Shown: positions 41,814-56,493, counted from the stretch's first letter. The stretch: DNA of 64,000 nt from Octopus vulgaris (GCA_951406725.2 OX597822.1:66650001-66714000); one strand, 5' to 3'. Translations and numbers: made by a program. Notes: generated by a model from the sequence alone, not told the origin.

Positions 41814-42776
41814 CAGTATATATATATTTATATATATATATTATATTCATAAATATATACATATACGTAGACAGACCTATGTTTGAAATTTTGCCGCTGT
41901 TAACCCGAAGAAAATTCATCAGCGAAGGAGAGGCTCCTTATATTTCATTTATCGATATATCGATCATAAAATCTCAATGTTTCTACTTCGGTAATAATGA
42001 ATGCAAAAGAAAGTGAAGAATATCTCGGAAAGACACGCTGATGTTAATATCCGAAATAATAGCGAATCTATTCTCGTATAAATTAAAGCAATAACAATTT
42101 AATGATATTTGTGTGAGCTTCTCTGTGATTCTATGTGATTATATGTCTATACGTCGGACACGCAATACAGTTTGGAATTTGGAATCTATTTAAGATGCTA
42201 AATACTTCAAGATTTTTCCGTGTAGTTCCCATAGCGCAATGGAATCTTAGATAACCATTACTTATGTAATAACATTAGAGCGCTTGAGTGGGTCTCCTAT
42301 TGTAATATATGACATTAATAAATATATTGCGTATCTCGTTCCTTTCTTACCCGATACGTGATGATTCATGTATTAAAATTATATATAGTTTTGTTCCTCC
42401 GTCTCTTTTCTACTGCTCAAGAATGTTTCTCTTTCCCACTCCATGCATTGCATTCTGTCATTCTGTTGTAATACACATTCACAAGCACACACACACATAC
42501 ACACATAAACCTACACACACACACACATACACGCACACACACACACACAATGCACGTTATTTGTGAAGTTACTAATCTGAAACAAGAGCTAAGAGATCCA
42601 TGTCAAACCCCATGTCAAACTGAACACCTTTCTATCGTTTCTGTAGCTTTACAGCGCATAATTTAGATATAAACCTATGAACATATATGTGGGTGTCTGA
42701 GTGTTGTGTTATATGCATACATAGATAGACATAGATATAGTTATGCGTGTATACGTATACTTACATGCATGTTTGC

Positions 42777-42819
<43 letters not shown>

Positions 42820-43517
42820 CAATACAGCATATTACTCTACCTCCGGTATTCGAGTACTATTTTCACCACTTTGTTTCACATTTCCAGAACAGCTGTCACG
42901 TATCTCCATAAACCTGGCTACTATAATAGAACAGGAAAAGGGAAGCCATTTCTTCGACCAGGTAATATCAAGCGGAGAAAACATACACACACACAAGCGC
43001 ACATATATATATGTGTGTGTGTGTCTGTGTATGTATTTATATGTATATGTGTGTGTGTGTATGTATTTATATATATATGGGTGTGTGCGTGTGTGTGTGT
43101 GTGTGTTTATCTATGTCTGTATGTATGTGTGTGGATATATCTGTATATGTATTTCAAAATATAAGTACATGTGGATCACTGGTGATTTTTTTTCTCGGTC
43201 TTCCTTTTCTCATGGACATTCCTTTGTCTCCTGTTTCTGAAAAGAAAAAGCATAGCGCGAAACTTAAACCTACCTTTCTTTCCTTCCGTGATCGTCTGTT
43301 AATAGTTTGCATGTACCGCGTCCCCGTGTTGTTATGTATTCTTGTGTTGTTGTTTTTTTTTTGAGGGGGGGGGGAATTAAATATATACACACACAAACAC
43401 ACGCACGCACGTATCTTACTCTGTCTGTCTATGTATGTATGTATATATATATATATATATATATTCATGTATATATATATGTGTGTGTGAGTATGTGTGT
43501 GTGTGTGTGTGCATGCC

Positions 43518-43557
<40 letters not shown>

Positions 43558-44120
43558 CGAGTATGAGCACAACTACCTTCTTAGCTCATATGATGAACTG
43601 GCCACCAATAAATTAATGACATCACAAGTTAAACAATTATGCTGATCTTGGATAAAGAATTAACTGTTTCTTCGGTGGTGTTGATGAGTGCTCACAGCTT
43701 TTGTCTCTAACAAATATATATACACATATTAGAAATTGAAGCGTTTTCCACTTGTACGATAATGGCTGCTACATGTCTTAATTACTGGGGATGTTTTAAA
43801 CATCTGCATATCTGTGTGTTTGTGTGTCTGTGTGCGTTTTGTGGTATTGAGGAAGATACTTAAAAGGAGCGGATGATACCGGAAGGTTTGGTTCCGGATT
43901 ACTGCATCAAAGAAAACATTCATTCAAAAATTGTTATATGCTCCTTGTTTCTACTTCTTCATTCATTTGAAAGGCGAAAATGTCTGACTAATATAATAAT
44001 ATGATAGTTAGCGGCCTTCGAGAGTGTAATTGCGCATCTGAAGAAATCATAAATAGTATAGAAGTTTTTGTTGAAATATGACGGACAAATTATTTCCTTG
44101 AAAAACATAGCAGACACTTG

Positions 44121-44688
44121 TTGAAGGTTGTCCGGAAAGTTCGTACCAATGTATAGTAGCTTACATTTCGACTTATTTTAGAACATGGCTGAGTTCATAA
44201 AATAGAATTTGACAACATCTCCATTTAGAGCACAGTTTAAGCTGTATTTTCGTGGAAGAAGGTTTATGTTCCTATAACCTGTGTTAATTCTGTAACCCTT
44301 TAAAATGGAAGATAAGAAAGTTCATTTTCGGCACTAGATGTTTTGGGAACCAGACAAAAATTGCTGCAGCTCGGCTGGGATGTGTTACCCCACCCTCCAT
44401 ATTTACCATATATAACTCCTTCAGATTTCCACTTATACAGGTCTCTGCAGAAGAGTCTTAATGGTACACATTTCAATTCCTTGGTTGACGTAACAAGATA
44501 CCTTGATGAATTCTTTGCCATGAAATCCCATCAATTCTGGGAAGAGGGTATTTTCAAGTTAAAGTAAAGATGGAGACGAATTGTGCAACAAAATGGTTCA
44601 TATTTGGTTGTTTAAAAATGTAATGGCAAGTATTTATTGACCTTTTTCTTTCCTTTAAAAATCGGCATGAACTTTTCGGACAACCCAA
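44121..44688 (+). mobile_element. Internally deleted mariner element
   Basis: TIRs GGTTGTCCGGAAAGTTCGT / ATGAACTTTTCGGACAACC; N-terminal MEDKKVHFRH joined to C-terminal LGWDVLPHPPYLPYITPSDFHLYRSL; TA at right flank. Confidence 0.9.
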
Positions 44689-44786
44689 TACTATCATAGA
44701 ACAATTTCCATTCTTAACAATTTAACATAACTATGAAATAGAAAAACTTGAAGTGAGACTGACGCTATAACTGAAAGTAATAAAAG

Positions 44787-44818
<32 letters not shown>

Positions 44819-45239
44819 TGTATGTATGTATGTATGTATGTCCATATTCATGTAGGAATGTAAGTATGTAGGTATGTGTGCATTTTTACATATGCACGCA
44901 CGCATAATTTTACCTGTATAAGTATATATATATCATGCTTGTATATATAATTGCATGTGTGTATACGTGCTTGCATGTATGTGCGACGAAGTGTTAGTGT
45001 TTTTGCGTGTGTGTGTGTGTGTGCGTGCAATTGTGTGCGGTGGTGCGTGTCCGCGCGCGTGTGATAATTGACGTAAGTAACCTATCTAGCGTTTTTTAAA
45101 CTTCGTAAGCATGTTTTGGGATTTAGATTTCTCCAGCCCCCCCAACACACACACATACATACATACACAAACACACACAGAATCACTTATTCACACTCGC
45201 ACGTTGTTCTCGGTATGCTTAAATGTTCGTGTGCGTATA

Positions 45240-45693
<454 letters not shown>

Positions 45694-46140
45694 GTATGTA
45701 TCTATATACCAGTATATTTTTATTTGCACCAGAGAGATTTGAGTTTTATTCGTATCCTGCAGTAAATATAATTATCAAAGGCCATGATCTTGGATATTTA
45801 ATATTTGGCGGTTAAATAACCTGACAGTTGAAGTTTCATTCAAAGCTGAGTGGATTCAAAGCAATGATGGTGAAAATTGCACGAAAAGACTCAACCATTT
45901 CTATTTTATCTAAATACTTGCACAGGAATCTTTCAGAATCCTAAACACACGTTCTATTGATTTAAAATACATAAAACGAAATATTTAGGAAAAGTATACT
46001 TTGTGCATGTGTGGTATGTATATTTATATACACGTATCAGCTATCCAAGCACATGTGAATACTCTGATATACATCCATCCATATTTGCACATTTATATAT
46101 ACATATATGTGTGTATACTTATATATACATATATATATAG

Positions 46141-46177
<37 letters not shown>

Positions 46178-46734
46178 TATGTATATACATACACGTATGT
46201 ATGTATATATATGCATTTATATCTTTACGTGTGCGCATATCTTTAGCTATGTATGCATGCATATTTATATGCATGCATGTATGTATGCATGTATGTTATT
46301 CACATGCAAAGAAATAACTTCACTCTTCTTTCTCCATGACATAAAGTCGTTTTTCTTGTTAATGGAGATTTGAATGTAGGTTTTATTTTACAACGGAATT
46401 GTTTAAGTTTTTTTTTTATTATATTATTCATATTTTTTCTTAAGTGACTAATTTCGCCTGTTAATATAATTCTGAGCCATTATCGTAAAACTGAGTGACC
46501 GATACATAAAATCTGCTTTACTTTCATACTTGTCGTCTGATCAATTTTTTTTTCTCTCTTTTCTTAACTGAATTTATTTTTTTCATCATCTTTCTCTAAT
46601 ATATACAATATTTCGGTTAAATATAATATAGAAGTATTATAATTTGTTTAATTTCATTTTAGGTTGCAAACTATTCTGCCAGCTGATAGACTTAATAATG
46701 TTCACATTAATATTACTAATTATAATAATACCCG

Positions 46735-46950
46735 CTACGATAAGCACAAGATCTGAAATTTGTGGCGGTGGGTGAGGGGCTAGACGATCTCATCGACCTC
46801 AGTGCTCAGCAGGTATTTATTTTATTGGCCCCGAAATGATAAAAGGAAAAGTCGACCTCGGCAGAATTTGAATTCAGAACGTAAAGACGGACGAAATGTC
46901 GCAAAGCATTTTTCCTGGTGTTTCTACCGATTCTGCCATCTCGACGACTT
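46735..46950 (-). mobile_element. SINE family 1, diverged
   Basis: AAAGTCGACCTCGGCAGAATTTGAATTCAGAACGTAAAGACGGACGAAAT. Confidence 0.8.
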
Positions 46951-47091
46951 AATGATAATAGTAACAACAACAAGAATAAAAACAGCAATAATAAACTTAG
47001 ATAAACTTAGATATGTTTCGACCAGAGATTGGTCCAGGCCATGTCTAACTTAATAGCACCAACTGATAGGATTATTCGATAATGATAAAAA

Positions 47092-47125
<34 letters not shown>

Positions 47126-47142
47126 GGTGGTGGTGGTGGTGG

Positions 47143-47176
<34 letters not shown>

Positions 47177-47177
<1 letters not shown>

Positions 47178-47695
47178 GCACAGAAAGAATACAAAAAAAA
47201 AGATGACAACCTAAGGAGTGTAATCCACTGCGAGTTATGTAGAAAACTAGAATTTAAACATACTGATGAATGGTATGAACATGAACCTAGTAAATTTTAC
47301 TAGAAAGTAAGAAATATAAAATGTTGTGGGACTCTAACATTCAGACTAACAGAGAAATAGACGATAGAAACTAGAAGGCCTGATTTAGTAGTAGTCGATA
47401 AAGAGAACAAAAAGTGCCAGATAATTGACTTTACAGTCCCAAAGGATGAAAAAGTTCAATATGAGAACAGAAAAACATAGCAAAGTACCAGGACCTAGTC
47501 ATTGAATTATAGAGACTATGGGAGAGGCAGTTAAAATGCATCCCATTAGTTATAGGGACATTGGGAACTATCGCTACAGGTTTGAACACATGGATAGAGA
47601 AAATAGGCAGAAAGTCCAGTTCAGTACAGCTCCAGAAAACACTATTATTTGGGACAACCAAGATACTTAGGAGGGTTCTTAGCATCGAAGGTTAC
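47177..47695 (+). mobile_element. R4/Dong-like LINE 3-prime fragment (RLE endonuclease), decayed
   Basis: AQKEYK..IHCELC..WYEHEP..LWD..IQT..RPDLVV..IID..KYQDL..PLVIGTLG..LQKTLLFGTTKILRRVL. Confidence 0.85.
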
Positions 47696-47869
47696 TTGTG
47701 TTTGGATGTGTTATAATGTACGTTGTTTTCTCTTGGTATAAAAGAAGGGCTACAGCAAATATTCTGCTCAATTTCACAGATTTGCTTGTCGGTTGTTTGA
47801 CCATAACCAGTTGAGCATGTTCTTTAGTGGCTGACGACATGTGCATCTCTGATCACAAGCAGAAATAGA

Positions 47870-48043
47870 GAGGACTAAGCGATTACATTGACCGAAGTGT
47901 TCCACTGGTATTTACTTAATTAAGCATGAAAGGCTGAAATGCTAAGTCGACCTCGTCGGAATTTGAACTCAGAACATAACAACGGACGCAATGCCGCTTA
48001 GCATTTTGCTTGGTGTGCTAACGATTCCGTCAGATCGTTGCCT
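47870..48043 (-). mobile_element. SINE family 1, diverged; adjacent (AAT)n at 48050-48200
   Basis: AAGTCGACCTCG.CGGAATTTGAACTCAGAAC. Confidence 0.8.
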
Positions 48044-48049
48044 TATTAT

Positions 48050-48152
<103 letters not shown>

Positions 48153-48163
48153 TACTAATGATG

Positions 48164-48230
<67 letters not shown>

Positions 48231-48976
48231 GGTGGTGGTGCCGAATGATGACCTAATGATTGATAATGGTGTCAGTAGAAGATAATCGCAGAGAAAAGTA
48301 GCTGTGAAAAACAATTTAGAATTTTCTATAAAAGCACTTGAGTTATTAAAATAAGTGTGAAAGATAGTTCTTATTTTAAGGAGATTGGCAAACTTATATT
48401 CTTCTTGTTCTCTAATAGTCTTGTTGAAGACTTATAATAGACAAGATCCATTAACGATTCATATCGTTTTATCTGAATAACTCACATCCTCTACCAGGAA
48501 ACTTAACAATTATTTTACATTCCAGATTTAGTATTCTGAATTACATTTCAAGTAGCTTTACTCATTCTAGTTACACTAGATCTTGTTCTATTCTTGAGAA
48601 CTTAGATGGATTTACGGACAGTGTAGCGGAAATGAACACAAATCTGTTTGGTTTCTTTAGTTCGTGTTTTCACGCTTTCATTGCCAGTTGTCGTCGACTC
48701 AAGCATTTAACCTACAAATCCCGATGCAATTTAATTGCAAATTGGACCGTCATGAATATATATATATATATATTTCTAGTTTTTCTAAGCATTAATAATA
48801 TTTTACAATTGGTGAGTTAGATCATAGAATGTATTTGTAATTTTGAATCATTTTTGGGTCAGGAGGACATATAGACTCTTCAGTGCCGTTAGTTCTTTTA
48901 TAAAAGGTATACAAAGTTGAGTCTTCAATATGTTTTTTTTTTTCATTTTTGATAACAAAATTCACCTAGAGACTAT

Positions 48977-49394
48977 GCTTATTTCTTTATTGTCCACAAG
49001 GGGCTAAACATAGAGGGGACAAACAAGAACAGACAAAGGGGTTAAGCCTATTACATCGACTTAAGTATGCAACTGGTACTTACTTTATCGACTCCGAAAG
49101 GATGAAAGGCAAAGTCAACCTCGGAGGAATTTGAACTCAGAACGTAGCGGCAGATGAATTACCTATTTCTTTACTACCCACAAGGGGCTAAACACAGAGA
49201 GGACAAACAAGGACAGACAAACATATTAAGTCGATTATATCGTCCCCAGTGCGTAACTGGTACTTATTTAATCGACCCCGAAAGGATGAAAGGCAAAATC
49301 GACCTCGGCGGAATTTGAACTCACAACGTAACGGCGGACGAAATACCGCTAAGCATTTCGCCCGGCGTGCTAACGTTTCTGTCAGCTTCCCGCC
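48977..49394 (-). mobile_element. SINE family 1, head plus two body units, with TSD
   Basis: TSD CCTAGAGACTAT at 48965-48976 and 49393-49404. Confidence 0.9.
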
Positions 49395-49780
49395 TAGAGA
49401 CTATTCTACCCCACAAACATCAATACCGGTTTACTGCGTTTTAAGTGTTAAATCTATTATCTTTCCTAATATCGTTTTCTTTTGTAATTTATACATCAAT
49501 ATTGATATGGTTTTTCTGCTCTAAATTTAGAGATAAAATTTCATAAACATAATCCATTTTAAATTTAATGCTCGAATTTGATATGTTATCTACTATCTTC
49601 ATCTACAAACTTATATTCATAGAGAAATACTTGATAAATTAACTCTAATATTACGTAACATCGCCTTGGAAACAATCGAAATTTGAATAAAGCTATCTAG
49701 CAAAATCGTCAGCATTTTTCGTATGTTACACACACACACGCACACACACACACATACACACACATACACACACACCCACA

Positions 49781-49870
<90 letters not shown>

Positions 49871-50329
49871 CATATATAATTTGTTGGCTTATCTGGCCTC
49901 AGGGAAAATAAAATACAGTAGAATCAATTAATTATGATTTTATTCAACATATTGCCTTCGAAGATTAACATAGTTATTGCAACGGTCCTTCAGTTTTGCA
50001 GGCCCTGTAAAAGAACTCGGAAGTCTGAGCCTCCAGCCATGCCCTTTGCGATACTCTTAAAGTCACGAATTGTGCAGCCACCCCTCGTATATATATATTT
50101 ATTATTCAAAGTTCAACAAGGTATGACTAATACGGAAGAAAATAATAATCAGTCTAGTTTATTTTAAGGTTTCGCGCTCATTTCCATCTTCAGCCACTAG
50201 AAGTATTTCACTGAGAGATATTCCGCAGTCTGTAGAAATCAGACGGTGGTAAGTCGTACTTGGTCGTTCACTCCTGCGCTTCCCTCCTTGTAGGGTGTTA
50301 AGTAGCAGGTATTGTTGACAACATGCATT

Positions 50330-50742
50330 GAGTGGGTGTTGTAATTGGAGACCAATTCATCACAGCCAGCGTTCTTTATCACCGCGCTCATTTGCTTTTC
50401 GTCACCTATTTAGTACGATGTATCATTGAAACCTAGTTGTTAAAGGATGTCTGATATATTTTACTCAGTTTTCGGGTGTGAAAAGTGTTCAACATTGCCT
50501 TTGCCCATTCATATTTGTTACCCTTGTCTCGCAACCACAAGTAAACTTCGGAAGACACAAGAATTTTGTACATATTTTTCTTTGCTGTTGCGTTGATGTC
50601 AGACGACCAAAAGCTGTGGCATTGACCAAAAGCTGTGGCATTACTCCGCATGTTGCTCTCCTTCTGTCTATGATGTCACTGCTTGAGCTGTGAGAGATAT
50701 CAGTTAGAGCTGATCCAAGGTAAATGAATTCATCAACCATAG
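50330..50742 (-). pseudogene. RTE-clade RT fragment, decayed
   Basis: VDEFIYLGS..AFGRL..YK.LV..CET motifs across frameshifts. Confidence 0.7.
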
Positions 50743-50743
50743 A

Positions 50744-51475
50744 TAGCTAGCACTTATTTCTGCTACAACGTTTCGTATTGAGACGTCAGATTTAAGCAGA
50801 CAATGTGATGGAAAGCAAAATTGGCTAATGACTGCATATGCCCTATTTCGGGGGTTGTTGCCCCCACTTCAGCACTCGTATAACTCACCATTGTCACCTA
50901 ACACATTGCTTATATAGCCACTGCATACAGTTGTGTTAAATTATTGGATATACCAATTTATATAATAGATACATTCCTGGAGCCGTTATGTAAGCATTAA
51001 AGATTTCTAGGTACGTGATCAATTGCGTCAGCTGTGCGCTTGTAAGACACAACCTTAACAAAATACTGTAGTATTTTTGTTAAGGTTGTGTCTACACATA
51101 TTTTATAGGATGTGAACAGACGATGTGACCGAAGACAGAAGTAGATAATCAGTGTATATGCCATATATGTAATTTGTTCGGGAGCAATGGTGGGTTAGAT
51201 GAGTGCTGAAGAAGGGGAAATGATCCCCGAAATATGGCATGTAAACATTACCCACTTTTGTTTTAGTTCACATTGTCTGTTTACATCTGTCGTCTCGATA
51301 CGAAACGTTGTAGAAAAAAGGAGAGCTGGCTGTAATTTCTATAGAACATCTGTTGGAATAACCTTCAGAAAATAATGCAATGGAACGTGGTACTGACTTA
51401 TGAAAAGCATTTAGGATACCTTGTGGTATATTGTGTCTGCATAGCGAAGAGCCACGTACTTAGAAATCTTTAACG
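50744..51475. repeat. Diverged head-to-head inverted repeat with hammerhead-like remnants
   Basis: 50744-50930 is the inverted homolog of 51153-51335; near-perfect central palindrome 51045-51093; CUGAAGA-aGGGGA..UCCCC-GAAA at 51206-51232. Confidence 0.7.
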
Positions 51476-51845
51476 TATACGCGCGTGTGTGTGCTCTGCG
51501 CGTTTATACAATTTGACTCCAAGTTTCCTGTGGAGACTTCAAATGACAATAATTCGAAGTTAAAGACGTTATTATGCCTAGGGTGGTTAATAACTGCCAT
51601 GCTTATGAATATTTACAGAGTGTTATTCGAGAGAATATTTGGCAAAAAGTAAGTAAACTAAAAGTTTTATCTAAATGTAGTTTGTTTATAAGATGATAAT
51701 GCGATCTTAAGATGGCAGCATAATGTGTTTGCTATTTTATGCATTTAAAATTACTTTTCTATGTTTACAAATGGAAATGATTTTGGAATTACATAGTATG
51801 TTTTCGTGGAATTTGTTATTCTTGTTGTTGTTGTTATTATTATTA

Positions 51846-51881
<36 letters not shown>

Positions 51882-51924
51882 GTTTTATTATTATTATATT
51901 ATTGTTATTGTTATTATTATTATT

Positions 51925-51968
<44 letters not shown>

Positions 51969-51999
51969 TATTATTATTATTATTCAATAGAATTTTTTT

Positions 52000-52925
52000 G
52001 ATTTTTTTATATCGTGCTTTCACTTCACTACCGAGCGCAGCTCTGTGTGCCCTGGGTATGTGCTGTGATTTGTTGTGATGCTCTGATGGTTATTGTATGG
52101 AAAGTGTTCTGCGTAGGATGTGTGCAGTGCCTAGTAGTGCAATTTTCTGTATGTTATATGTGTTTGTAAGTCCTGGTGTTTTTGTTATGTATTTGTCTGA
52201 ATATTTTTTATCATGCCTAATGCACCTATTATGATAGGAATTGTTTCTGTTTTTAGATTCCACATTCTGGTTACCTCTATTTCCAGGTCTTTGTATTTTG
52301 AAAGTTTCTTCATTTCTTTTAGAGACACGTTGTCATCCGCTGGTATTGATACATCAATTAGAAAACATTTTTTTCTTCATGATCTCTGACAACTATATCT
52401 GGTCTGTTGGCCTTAATTTCTCTATCTGTGTGTATCGGCATATCCCAGAGTATGGTTGCTTTGTCGTTTTCTGTGACCTTTTCTGGTGTGTGCCTATACC
52501 ATCTTTTTTCTGTTGTTATTCCATAATGTTGACGTAGTTTCCAGTGTATATAGGTCCCAACTCTGTCGTGTCTGTGAATATATTCCTTCTTAGCCAGCAC
52601 TGGGTAGCCAAAGATAATATGATTTATTGTTTCTTGTCCATCTCCACATATTCTGCAGTTACTTGTTATATTTCTTTTCATTACATGTTTTTGGTAATTT
52701 CCGGTGGGGAGGCTTTGGTCTTGTGCTGCAATTAAAAATCCCTCTGTCTCTGCTTTGAGTCCTGAGCTTCTCAACCATTGTTGGGATTTTACTTTGTCTA
52801 TTTCTTTTGCATTTAGTTTAGTCCAGTATTTGCCATGAAGGGGCTTTTCTTGCCATCGTTTTATTATGGTTCGTTGCTGTTCTATTTTTAATTTGGATTT
52901 CATTTTGTTTTATAGCTTTTGTCGT
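52000..52925 (-). mobile_element. R4/Dong-like LINE 3-prime fragment: zinc knuckle + RLE endonuclease, in (TAA/TGA)n
   Basis: PLHGKY..ETEGFLIAAQDQSLPT..CRICG..ETINHII..RHD..LWD..RPDIVV, then frameshifted IDVSIP..KYKDL..IIIGALG..LLGTAHILRR; stop at about 52090; microsatellites on both sides. Confidence 0.92.
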
Positions 52926-52961
52926 TTCTTCATCTTCTTCTTCTTCTTCTTCATATTTGTA

Positions 52962-53010
<49 letters not shown>

Positions 53011-53012
<2 letters not shown>

Positions 53013-53220
53013 GGCAGCGAGCTGACAGAATCCTTAGTACCTTGGGGAAAATGCTTAAATGTATTTTGCCCATCGCTATATACTGAGTTTAAATTCTGCC
53101 GAGGTAGACTTTTCCTTTAGGAGTCGATAAATTATGTACCAGTGAAACACTGGCGGTCAATGTAATCGACATACCCAGCTCCTAAAATGGCTGCCCTTGT
53201 GGCAAAATTTGAAACCATTA
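53011..53220 (+). mobile_element. SINE family 1, diverged
   Basis: AAGGCAGCGAGCTGACAGAA head and GTCGATAAATTATGTACCAG body. Confidence 0.8.
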
Positions 53221-53299
53221 TGATTATTATCACTATTATTATTATTATTATTATGTGAGGAAATCTCACAGTTTATTTTGCTGGTTATGATGGAAAGTG

Positions 53300-53712
53300 T
53301 CAGCTGTCCACAGCCAGCAGACTAAGGTGATACTTGTTTACTGGTTATTCTTCAAGAACCCTGCAAAGAACTCTTGCAGTTCCAAGCAGTGGTGATCTTT
53401 GTAGGTGTTCTACCTTCAAACTTGCACCAATCATTTTCAGACATGTTGGTACTTGAGTACTGATACTTCCAAGTGCACCAATTACTATTCGTATCACGTC
53501 TACTCTCTTCATTGAACAAAACTTTCGTATTTCCCATTTCAAACCGTCATAGTTGTTTAAATTTTTCTTCTTCTTTCACATTGATCCTGTTATCGCCGGG
53601 GCATGCCAATTATAATGCATGTTGTTTCTTTTTTATTCACCACATCAATGTCCGGTTTCCGATATCTGGTCAGGTAATCGCATTGAATCATTGCATCCCA
53701 CAAAATTTTGCA
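53300..53712 (-). mobile_element. R4/Dong-like LINE 3-prime fragment (different subfamily)
   Basis: ILWD..KPDI..LKWEIRK..IVIGALGSI..LQRSPLLGTARVLCRVLE. Confidence 0.85.
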
Positions 53713-53722
53713 ATTTTCATTT

Positions 53723-53882
53723 TCGGTGAGCAAAACACTTCATTTCACGTTGCCCCAGTCTACTCACCTGGCAACAATGAGAAATCCTGCGACGGACTGG
53801 CGTCCCGTCCATGTGGGGAATTTCTACGCCACTGAAACCAGGAAACCCGCCCTTATGAGCCTGGCATGGCTCGATAAGGAAC
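53723..53882 (+). mobile_element. SINE family 4-related (V-domain-like) 3-prime part
   Basis: CTGCGACGGACTGGCGTCCCGTCCA..TACGCCAC.GAAACC..ATGAGCCTGGC shared with 15178-15457. Confidence 0.7.
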
Positions 53883-55666
53883 ATTCATTTTTATTTATTT
53901 AATTATTGTAATATCTCAAAACTAATATCACGATATATTTAGAAAGGAACAACGAGCTAAATGATCGTATAAGTAGTGCTAATCATGAAGTTGAATTTGG
54001 AGTTGGCGATTTTATAATCTCTTCATAGTCTCATATATTTGCCAGCAACGGTGGCCATGATATGACACCGCATGGAAGGGTTTAGTCGAACAAGTCCGCG
54101 CCCGCCCCCAAACAGTTAATAATTTTCTTTCACACTCTGTGCCTATTGCATGAAATTTTATCACCGAATACCTAAGTTATATGAACATAAACAAACCAAC
54201 ACCGGTGAAACTTTACTTAAACAGGACACAACTGGGATTTATTAGGCAAACGACATTAACTGCAGACTCCTAACAATATAATAATTTTACTTCCTATATA
54301 AAACTTTGAAGATTCATCAAGCTTCCTAGTGACAGCATGCTATACACTACAAACGAAAAAAAAAAGGAGAAAATGGAATCAAAATCTCAGATATATATTC
54401 TCTTTCATTACTGTCAGAATAAGTGACGTATTTCTTGAGAATATAAATCAGTAAAATATGATTCGTAGTGAAGATACTATATGACCCAAATATTTATATT
54501 GCTTTCGCCATTAACAGCGGAATGTGCTGGTTGGCAACACGGCCTACTGCTTAATAACACGATCTACTGCTTCACGACAAGAACGGCTGCTTACTAACAC
54601 AATGGCATTGCGTATATTTTCCCAAGCTACTGTTTGGTTGTGTTATTGGAAGTATTTCTCAGTGTTTAAGCGCAACTACGAGCTTTTGTCAGCATTTTGC
54701 ATAAATTATTTCAGATGCTTGGAGACTTTAATCCACAATATTACATACATGACGACTGGAAATCTTCAGGGAATCAATACCATTTGACGTACCAAAATGA
54801 CCTGGAGATTGCCTCTAGTTCCTTCATCATTTTACGTGTAATTAAATTTTGACGACCATTTTATAAGTACAAACATATTTATTCGGGTAAAACTGAAAGT
54901 CATTTTATCACCGGTGGGATTTGAACTAAGAACATTGTAATATCTAAGTAGTATATCTCTGTTCATAAACTATAATTGAATAATTCCAATCATGTAAGCC
55001 ACCTAATTTTACCGCCCATTTTCCTATGTTAATGTAAAACTTCAGATTTTTAAGCAATTATTTCATAATTACCTATGCTTATATAGATTAACTGCAACAT
55101 TAATTAATAATCGCCATAACAGTTTAATAGCTCGTTCTTTTAGTCACTCAGTCCTCTCTCCCAGTGCTTTCTCCTCGGGGACCAAAACGAATGAACTTGA
55201 TGAACAAGTTATCGTTTGAATCTAGGCTTCCGGAATGTAACGTTTGTATGATACAGCCAATAAATAAATATTTTGGTGTTTGTTTATCTAATTATTTCAC
55301 ATAAATCAAGTGTCAAGAAATTAAAGCAGTACAGTGACATGCAAGTGAAATATTATACATCAGCTTTAATGATATACAGCATGGAATATTGTAAGGAAAG
55401 ATTAATTGGCTTGAATCAAATATGCTTAATTGATTATCGCCTCTTAATTTCTGCAACTATGAAAGTAATTGATGTGTTAGTTTCGGTGCATAATACCACA
55501 GAGTTGCACCAGACTAGTTACATGCAAAGGGATAAAATTTCACAGCATTGGCCAGCACTGATATTACAAAAGTCTTCTGTATAGGGTCATTTCATAAGTG
55601 GTATTTCTTTGATATGGTAGTTCACATATATAAATTTAATCTAAATGCCAAAATTGAGACCTAAAT

Positions 55667-56493
55667 AAAAAATGAGACAAACTTCTGTGAAAAACGTGTT
55701 CTTTTTCTTTCATGTTGTTATCGTTACATATTGGGTCACGAGCAGTGGTACACAACATGTGGTTCTTGGGAGGTCCATGTAAGATTTTGTAAATTGAGTA
55801 TACTTCGGCAATGCACCGAATATCTTAAAATATTTTAAATACAGTTCCTAATAATATTTGATTATAAATATTATAGTAGGATTTTTTAAGCATCGTTTGG
55901 TTATGATAAAATACGAATCAAAGAGGTCTGTAGAAAAAGATATGGTTCAGAAGCAATGCTCTGGCCAAAATATTCTAGGATCTTTTCGATTTGAACGCCA
56001 GTTTTTCTAGCGGTGTCATATGAAATTGTCACCCATGATTATGCCCCTAGTATCGATCTATTGCATTTCAATCTCTTTTAGGGTTAGGGTTAGGGTGGGG
56101 GGAAGGGTATCTTTTTTTCTTCACAAATGTAAATAAACCCAATCTGTTTCTTAAACGTGGGACATATTCATACGGCACAGAATGTTTTTTACCTCAATAC
56201 ACGTCACTGCTTGGTTGAAATTGCAGAAATTGAAGAAAAACAACAACAAATATCTTACAAACTATAGAATTTTCTCAATAAAGCCAAGAGAAAAAGATGT
56301 TTTATAAACACATTCTACCAGTATACGAAGTTTAAAATTTTTTAGTTACCTAGAAATTATGTTAAAAACTGCCATTCAAACAGAAAAGATCAAAAAATGA
56401 GACAAACTTCTGTGAAAAAACGTGTTCTTTTTCTTTCATGTTGATATCGTTACATACTGGGTCACGAGCAGTGGTTCACAATATGTAGTTCTT
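55667..56493. repeat. About 101-bp direct repeat (55667-55767 and 56392-56493)
   Basis: AAAAAATGAGACAAACTTCTGTGAAAAA..GGGTCACGAGCAGTGGT..GTTCTT in both, about 6 differences. Confidence 0.9.
55979..56391. mobile_element. Non-autonomous TIR element with internal (TTAGGG)3
   Basis: TIRs GATCTTTTCGATTTGAACGCCAGTTTTT / AAAAACTGCCATTCAAACAGAAAAGATC; TTAGGG x3 at 56078-56095. Confidence 0.8.

Noticed and set aside
43233-43270. CTGAAAA..GCGAAACTTAAAC hammerhead-like remnant
   Set aside because: 3-8 pair broken and stems weak; may be a dead copy but cannot be supported.
56078-56095. Interstitial telomere or chromosome fusion scar
   Set aside because: Only three units, one orientation, inside a TIR element.
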